Source of the DNA: a virus
Taxonomy: Duplodnaviria; Caudoviricetes
Virus record (IMG/VR): IMGVR_UViG_3300037311_000038
Span: 1 to 32,191 of that record
Length of the DNA: 32,191 nt
Reading direction: 5' to 3' (one strand)
Under the pieces are notes generated by a model. That model made no database searches, had not been told where the DNA came from, and saw only the letters and a program-made list of their open reading frames with translations. Positions 27,601 through 32,191 of this stretch are shown piece by piece. The stretch's first letter is position 1; each line of letters starts with the position of its first letter. The position numbers and the translations under genes were made by a program.

Positions 27601-27755
27601 TTTTTCTTTTTTTTATCTTTAGCGGCTTCTTTTTTGTATTTCTCAGCGCTTGATAGAGCCATAGCAACGGCTTGTTTGCTTGAGATGCCTTTGTTTTTAG
27701 CTTCCGAGATGTTTGACTTAATAACTTTTGGCGATGAGCCAGGCTTTAATGGCAT
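27597..27755 (-). CDS. Small basic phage protein (MPLK-x-G...QAVA-x-AL type)
   Basis: MPLKPGSSPKVIKSNISE...KQAVAMALS; AGGGGA RBS supports start 27755 rather than 27806. Confidence 0.75.
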   Translation of the reverse strand: MPLKPGSSPKVIKSNISEAKNKGISSKQAVAMALSSAEKYKKEAAKDKKKKK

Positions 27756-27819
27756 ACGTGATCCCCTGTTATGTGGATATTTTAAATGTAGATTTGGATT
27801 CTGCACAAGAGAGATTAAG

Positions 27820-27901
27820 AAGCGCCGCCCTTGGCTGTATTATTCTGCAAAGAATATGCGTTTAGACTTCTACAGGAAGGTTCAAGCCGAAGACAGCGCT
27901 T
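27820..27901 (-). ncRNA. Putative structured small RNA, three-way junction
   Basis: 17-bp closing stem AAGCGCUGUCUUCGGCU/AGCCAAGGGCGGCGCUU (3 G-U pairs favour - strand), inner hairpins CUUC/GAAG and UAUUCU/AGAAUA. Confidence 0.65.
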
Positions 27902-27945
27902 GCATAGCGTATACATGATAGGTGGCTTTCCTTAAAGAGAGATTT

Positions 27946-28017
27946 TGGAAGCGCCCCGCAGGATTGAACTGCGATCTAATGGCTAAAGACCATCCGTTTT
28001 GCTTAAACTAGGGCGCT
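27946..28017 (-). tRNA. Atypical tRNA, nominal anticodon UUU (Lys), possibly tRNA-like element
   Basis: Acceptor AGCGCCC/GGGCGCT + T + CCA; T arm CGCAG-TTCAATC-CTGCG; D arm GTTT-AAGCA-AAAC; anticodon arm GATGG-TCTTTAG-CCATT. Confidence 0.78.
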
Positions 28018-28032
28018 ATAGTGCCAAGAGAG

Positions 28033-28126
28033 CCTATTACTTGCGGATCTACTTGGCGGCTGGCCAAAACCGTTTAGATTCAAACTGCCAGGGCCTTTGG
28101 CCAATTAACGCGCATCTAGCAATAGG
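28033..28126 (-). ncRNA. Putative rod-like structured RNA with internal bubble
   Basis: CCUAUUGCU/AGUAAUAGG, UGCG/CGCA, UGGCCAAAG/UUUUGGCCA, apical GUUUG-AAUC-UAAAC; G-U pairs favour - strand. Confidence 0.55.
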
Positions 28127-28165
28127 GTATGGGATGTTTATAGTCTAAACGCAGTAATGATGTGG

Positions 28166-28194
28166 TTGATACGGTGAGTGCCGCTTCGTGTCAA
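28166..28194 (-). promoter_or_regulatory. Sigma70-like promoter driving RNA cassette and downstream genes
   Basis: TTGACA (28194-28189), 17 bp, TATCAA (28171-28166). Confidence 0.55.
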
Positions 28195-28196
28195 TA

Positions 28197-28487
28197 TTAA
28201 AGATTACGGTCTGTGTGAGACAGTTGGCGCAAGATCTCTTTGATATCGCGCTCCATGCTGCGAATGGTGTCTTTAATCTCGCTAATTACAAGATCAAATT
28301 GGCGATGCGAGACGTACTCTTTATGCAAAGAGTTTATGGCGGTTTCGATTGAATCGATTGCCTTATCTAATCTGCCTAGCTCTTCCTGGATTTTGTTTAC
28401 CGTGGCTTTTTGATTGCCCCACTGGAAGGCAAGACCAAGTACGAAGCCTAAGATTCCAAGCGATGCTGCAAGTAAATCACCTTCCAT
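28197..28487 (-). CDS. Membrane-anchored coiled-coil protein
   Basis: N-terminal TM helix, heptad repeats, EYVS.RQF; AGGAGAG RBS. Confidence 0.75.
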   Translation of the reverse strand: MEGDLLAASLGILGFVLGLAFQWGNQKATVNKIQEELGRLDKAIDSIETAINSLHKEYVSHRQFDLVISEIKDTIRSMERDIKEILRQLSHTDRNL

Positions 28488-28554
28488 GTGATCTCTCCTA
28501 TTATGGAGTGATTATCGCATAAAGATTTAGAAATTGTGAAAGCCGTGTTTCAAA

Positions 28555-28782
28555 TTACGGCTCAAAGATGACTAAAATTCTTTTGTATGCTCTGCCGTTT
28601 TTGATTCTGTTTTCAACGCTAACAGAGATTAGCTCCTCTAGCGCTCTTAGGATGCGCTCTTTAGCTAGCTTTATGTTGCGCTGTACGACCTCGGGGTCTT
28701 GGTCTTCGGTGGCGTAATCTATCTCCATAATATCTTGTATAAACATTTTTTTATGATGCCAGGTAAATCGCATAGCATTCAA
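28555..28782 (-). CDS. Hypothetical protein
   Basis: Co-oriented, fills operon. Confidence 0.55.
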   Translation of the reverse strand: MNAMRFTWHHKKMFIQDIMEIDYATEDQDPEVVQRNIKLAKERILRALEELISVSVENRIKNGRAYKRILVIFEP

Positions 28783-28786
28783 GCAT

Positions 28787-29011
28787 TTACTTAAGCCTTG
28801 CCATTAGACGCTTTGCTTCTAGGTGGACTTTCACAAGGTTTGCGATTTGAGAGGCGGCATTGCAGGCAGCGTTTAAGGATGCTGAGGTAACTTCCTTTTC
28901 AAGGAGGGATTTAGCGGCGACATGTAGCGTATTGCATACATCGCCAACGTTTATAGATATTTGGTCTTGGATTTGATGGGCCACTAGAGGTGCTGGTTTA
29001 TCATCTGACAT
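28787..29011 (-). CDS. Hypothetical helical protein
   Basis: Co-oriented, short overlap with upstream gene. Confidence 0.6.
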   Translation of the reverse strand: MSDDKPAPLVAHQIQDQISINVGDVCNTLHVAAKSLLEKEVTSASLNAACNAASQIANLVKVHLEAKRLMARLK

Positions 29012-29367
29012 ATTTTGATTCTAACCGTAGAGTGATCTGCTTTGAATATAAATCGCTGAAATGCTGCCATGACTTCAATGGATTCGTGAATTACTTGATC
29101 TATTGGCAGTAGCTCAAGGTCCGCCCATAGACACAGCTTTAGCCCGCCAAGTACTTCGGTGTATAGGTACGGACATAGAGGATATACGTCTTTAATCATT
29201 TCATATGGCAGGCCATTAAATGAGCCAACCTTCTTATTTGGGTATCGCTTCCAAAAGGATTCGATTGCAAACTCAGATCTGTTTAGTGTTTTTGTGAGCT
29301 TTTTTGCCTGCACAAGACCATCGGATCTAATGATGGTTAGCATGTCCTCTTCAGAGTAATTGCTCAT
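28984..29367 (-). CDS. Hypothetical protein, possible N-terminal DNA-binding motif
   Basis: YSEED...LNRSEFAIESFW; 3 nt after regulator stop. Confidence 0.65.
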   Translation of the reverse strand: MSNYSEEDMLTIIRSDGLVQAKKLTKTLNRSEFAIESFWKRYPNKKVGSFNGLPYEMIKDVYPLCPYLYTEVLGGLKLCLWADLELLPIDQVIHESIEVMAAFQRFIFKADHSTVRIKICQMINQHL

Positions 29368-29370
29368 CGG

Positions 29371-29907
29371 TTAAATGGTCAAAGTGCCAATTGTTATGGT
29401 CATATCAAGAGCTGACATTATGTCAGTACCCACTGAATGGGCGCTCTTTAGGCGATTAAAGATAGTTGGCGGAGATACGCCAAGCTCTCTTGCGATCTCG
29501 CAGTTATTTAATCCATATACATGTTTTAGATAGAAAATGTTTTCTTCCTCACTGCTCATAAGCCCAAGCCTTGAATATAATTTATTTATATCGATTGGCT
29601 CTTTTTTTACCTCTGGCTCTTCTGACTCTATTAAAGAGCTCTCGGCGGTTATGTTGTCTGTTACCCGCTCTGTAAAGGATGAGAAGCTATCGTCCTCATC
29701 TTTTATCAGTTGTGAATCTGATACTTCTGCAAAGTAGGCATTTAATGATAGCCGCCTTGCAATGATAGTTCGAAGGTTATGCTCTGATAGCCTGGTGATG
29801 TCTTGCTCTATTGCAATTAGATAGAGTTCAGAGAGCGCCTCATCTTTAGGGATTAGTAGCTTTTGAGATATTGGGGTGGCGAGCTTTTCTAGCGCTTTTA
29901 GATCCAT
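29371..29907 (-). CDS. Sigma70 region 4-like HTH transcription regulator
   Basis: MSSEEENIFYLKHVYGLNNCEIARELGVSPPTIFNRLKSA. Confidence 0.78.
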   Translation of the reverse strand: MDLKALEKLATPISQKLLIPKDEALSELYLIAIEQDITRLSEHNLRTIIARRLSLNAYFAEVSDSQLIKDEDDSFSSFTERVTDNITAESSLIESEEPEVKKEPIDINKLYSRLGLMSSEEENIFYLKHVYGLNNCEIARELGVSPPTIFNRLKSAHSVGTDIMSALDMTITIGTLTI

Positions 29908-29916
29908 GACTAAATC

Positions 29917-30312
29917 TTAAGACTGAACCCTGCCAAACTCTAGATGTAGACCTACCTTGTTAGTTACGGTGTCATACATCTTATGCGCTACAAGGCTGAC
30001 AATAAGCTTATCGTCAACCCATAGAATCCCGTTTGCCGCATCAAAAACGCTTTTTAGATAGTTATCGATATCGGCTTTGGTGATGGGATGGGTGTCCTTG
30101 TTAGACTTTGCCTTTGGCAGAAATACTTGCACCACAACCCATATGGGTCCATCGATAGGAGCCTGCCTGTACTTTGACTTAAAGTGAATCTTTAAGAAAT
30201 TCTCGGTAGCCCGTGTTTTTTTATCAGTAAATGCATGCCCTGCTCTAGTAAACCTTGGGCGCCCTTTAGGGGATATGAGCCCTGCGATCCAAAGCTTATG
30301 CGAATTACTCAT
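29917..30312 (-). CDS. rusA: RusA-family Holliday junction resolvase
   Basis: PKGRPRF, KADIDNYLKSVFDAANGILWVDDKLIV..K.Y. Confidence 0.9.
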   Translation of the reverse strand: MSNSHKLWIAGLISPKGRPRFTRAGHAFTDKKTRATENFLKIHFKSKYRQAPIDGPIWVVVQVFLPKAKSNKDTHPITKADIDNYLKSVFDAANGILWVDDKLIVSLVAHKMYDTVTNKVGLHLEFGRVQS

Positions 30313-30404
30313 CTTGAGCCTTTAAAGTAAAAGTACGCAAAAGCGCTGTTTACAGCTAAGAATATTGCAAACGCTATCACGCCTATCCATTCACTAACGC
30401 TCAC
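30309..30404 (-). CDS. 31-aa hydrophobic micropeptide
   Basis: GTG start after AAGGGA; MSVSEWIGVIAFAIFLAVNSAFAYFYFKGSR; stop overlaps rusA ATG. Confidence 0.5.
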   Translation of the reverse strand: MSVSEWIGVIAFAIFLAVNSAFAYFYFKGSR

Positions 30405-30464
30405 AAAATCCCCTTAAAATAGCTCATAGAAACAGAGCTAAATGATAGGGATTATTTTGCAAAG

Positions 30465-30956
30465 CTAAAACGGTAGATCATCAAAGCTATCGTCTGTGTT
30501 TTTTGAAACGTACTCTTGGAACTCTTTAGATGACGGCGCGCTCTTTCCTAGTAGGGCGTCCTTTGCTTTTAAAATGCCCGCCATTTGACGATAGTCATCT
30601 CTTGATACCTTCGGCCTTGGAGTTGAAACGATCGCCACAGCGGTGTGATCAAAGACGGCGACACGAACCGATAGCTTTTCGACCCCATCCTTACCCTTAT
30701 ACGTCTGTGTTGATAGAGCGCCATTTACTCGAATGACCGATCCATCTTGTACGTCTTTTAGCGCTTCGGCTGCATCGTTAAACGCAGACAGGCTGATTCT
30801 AGTCCACTCGGCGCCTTGTTGTTTGGAGTTTGGAAAGCCAATACTCATTTGCACTACCGAATGACCGTTTTTAGTTACAGCAATTGGCTTTTTATACGAA
30901 ACCCTTCCTGTAAGGGATGCAATACACTGCCATTTTTCATTAATTTGTTCGTTCAC
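30465..30956 (-). CDS. ssb: Single-stranded DNA-binding protein
   Basis: LTGRV, AFNDAAE, GSVIRVNGALSTQTYKGKDG, C-terminal DDLPF. Confidence 0.85.
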   Translation of the reverse strand: MNEQINEKWQCIASLTGRVSYKKPIAVTKNGHSVVQMSIGFPNSKQQGAEWTRISLSAFNDAAEALKDVQDGSVIRVNGALSTQTYKGKDGVEKLSVRVAVFDHTAVAIVSTPRPKVSRDDYRQMAGILKAKDALLGKSAPSSKEFQEYVSKNTDDSFDDLPF

Positions 30957-31596
30957 TGTGTGACTCCTTGTGGTTTATTGGTTTTGGGATTTCTGGACTT
31001 GCAATAAAAAGCTTTTTATCTTCGTTTTCAATCTTTAAACGTTTATCGAATTGCAGCTCTGGCATTATTTTTGTTGCCACATCTAGTGTGATTCTCTTGC
31101 TTATTACGCCGTCGATAAGAGCCCTAGTCCGCGTTGAATGATCATGCCCACCAGATAAGAACCAGTTAATAGGCCTTTTTTCGGCCTTGGCGACCTTAAC
31201 CAGATCCGAATATATTTTTTTATAGGCCATGCATGCGCCTACTATATCGCCTTCATTTATTAACCACATTACTTCCCGAAGTGCTGCCAACATTTCGCTC
31301 GTTACGACGCCAGATTCGTTTTCTGATTTTGGCACCATCGCCCAAGCCGCATCAGGCTCAGGCCAGCCGGTCATGCCCGCCGGCTCAATCGTTTCGACGA
31401 TTTCACTTACTTTCGGGAAATGCGTCATTTTAGTAAACCAATCTTGTAATGCAGAAACAACTTTTTGCGCGTCGTATTTTGCTAAAGAATCTAAATAAAT
31501 TTGGGCAATTACTGGCGATAATTTTTTCCCGTAAAAATCCGCCATTGCAAAAATAGTCTCTACAACCTGGGGATCATAAGTATTACGTTTGCTCAT
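30940..31596 (-). CDS. Helicase loader / replication protein P-like
   Basis: Follows initiator; HFPKVSEIVE and P.PDAAWAM motifs of phage loader-inhibitor proteins. Confidence 0.6.
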   Translation of the reverse strand: MSKRNTYDPQVVETIFAMADFYGKKLSPVIAQIYLDSLAKYDAQKVVSALQDWFTKMTHFPKVSEIVETIEPAGMTGWPEPDAAWAMVPKSENESGVVTSEMLAALREVMWLINEGDIVGACMAYKKIYSDLVKVAKAEKRPINWFLSGGHDHSTRTRALIDGVISKRITLDVATKIMPELQFDKRLKIENEDKKLFIASPEIPKPINHKESHSERTN

Positions 31597-32191
31597 TTTC
31601 TCTCTTTCTGGCGAGATTTTCTAACACCTGGTTCCTTGCATTGGTATTTGCTTGATAAAGCTCTGCTTCCTTCGCTTCACTCAATAAAATCGGCCGGCCG
31701 ATACGCCACTGGGTATGAAGACCTTCGGCGTTGGCTAGTAAAAGCCCAACGCTGTGCTGTGATGCTATGTAATTACTGCCACGATGCGTCAAGTAGAAAC
31801 TTGCAACATCTGGAGCATTGGGACCTAGTCGCTTTACAAGCTGGGCAATTTGAGAGTTCACCTTTGCATTCCTAGGAGGGCTTACGCCGTATCTGACCAT
31901 AAAAGCCTCTTGGTAGGCTTCCCAGGTTTTTGCATTTAATTCTTTCTCCCCAGATTGGGATGGAGAATCCATTGGTACCGAAGCCGATGAGGCTTCGGTA
32001 AAAGCTTGTCCGTCTTGTTCGTCACGTTTCGTAACGTGCTCGTTGTTAAACGTTTCGTTACGTCCGTTACGTTCGTTACGTAACGTATCGTTCGTACGTT
32101 CGTTCGTAGCGGCCAATTTATGCACGCGCACGTTACGTTTATGCACGCGCACGTTACGTGCACGTGCAGATCGGAACGTAAGTAGCTGTTT
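31583..32191 (-). CDS. Replisome organizer, C-terminal part (start is at 552 across the junction)
   Basis: TWEAYQEAFMVRYGVSPPRNAKVN..I..LVKRLG...FYL...H.VGLLL..AEGL. Confidence 0.8.
   Translation of the reverse strand, partial: KQLLTFRSARARNVRVHKRNVRVHKLAATNERTNDTLRNERNGRNETFNNEHVTKRDEQDGQAFTEASSASVPMDSPSQSGEKELNAKTWEAYQEAFMVRYGVSPPRNAKVNSQIAQLVKRLGPNAPDVASFYLTHRGSNYIASQHSVGLLLANAEGLHTQWRIGRPILLSEAKEAELYQANTNARNQVLENLARKRENEQT
31970..32191 (+). repeat. Terminal direct repeat, right copy, with 9-bp insertion
   Basis: Identical to 1-213 apart from cgtccgtta at about 32061-32069. Confidence 0.97.

Larger units (their letters stand above)
1..32191. mobile_element. Complete or near-complete circularly permuted tailed phage genome (siphovirus-like Caudoviricetes)
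   Basis: Terminal redundancy; contiguous terminase-portal-scaffold-capsid-tail-lysis and replication modules; tape measure and tail tube but no recognisable sheath. Confidence 0.93.

Noticed and set aside
27586-27918. 110-aa + strand ORF over the small RNA and basic protein gene
   Set aside because: TTG start, antisense to a recognisable gene, no motif
27946-28017. Ochre suppressor tRNA and stop-codon recoding
   Set aside because: The best stem register centres TTT, and TAA/TAG/TGA all terminate intact genes under the standard code
27820-28126. Self-cleaving ribozyme (hammerhead, twister, pistol)
   Set aside because: Conserved cores such as CUGANGA/GAAA were not found in the right context

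Overview
The window is an apparently complete, circularly permuted ~32.0 kb genome of a tailed dsDNA phage with siphovirus-type gene content. Bases 1-213 recur at 31970-32191, except for a 9-bp in-frame insertion in the end copy. Almost all genes lie on the - strand. They run from a lambda O/P-style replication module (replisome organizer split across the contig ends with a repeat-rich internal origin, helicase loader-like gene, SSB, RusA, sigma region 4-like regulator) to a small-gene and RNA cluster. That is followed by a ParB remnant, an adenine methyltransferase, terminases, portal, scaffold, major capsid, head-associated accessory proteins, neck, tail tube, a -1 frameshifted tail chaperone, tape measure, tail tip/fibre and a lysis cassette. 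A short + strand operon encodes an ssDNA-annealing protein and two small proteins. I recognise no integrase, CI-type repressor or DNA polymerase. The most unusual element is a promoter-driven non-coding cassette at 27820-28194, in front of the packaging/structural genes. It contains two structured RNAs flanking an atypical tRNA, and a 12-nt leader perfectly complementary to an exposed strand of the downstream RNA, reminiscent of P4 CI / P1 C4 antisense switches. All functional calls come from motif recognition and gene order by eye; no database search was run.
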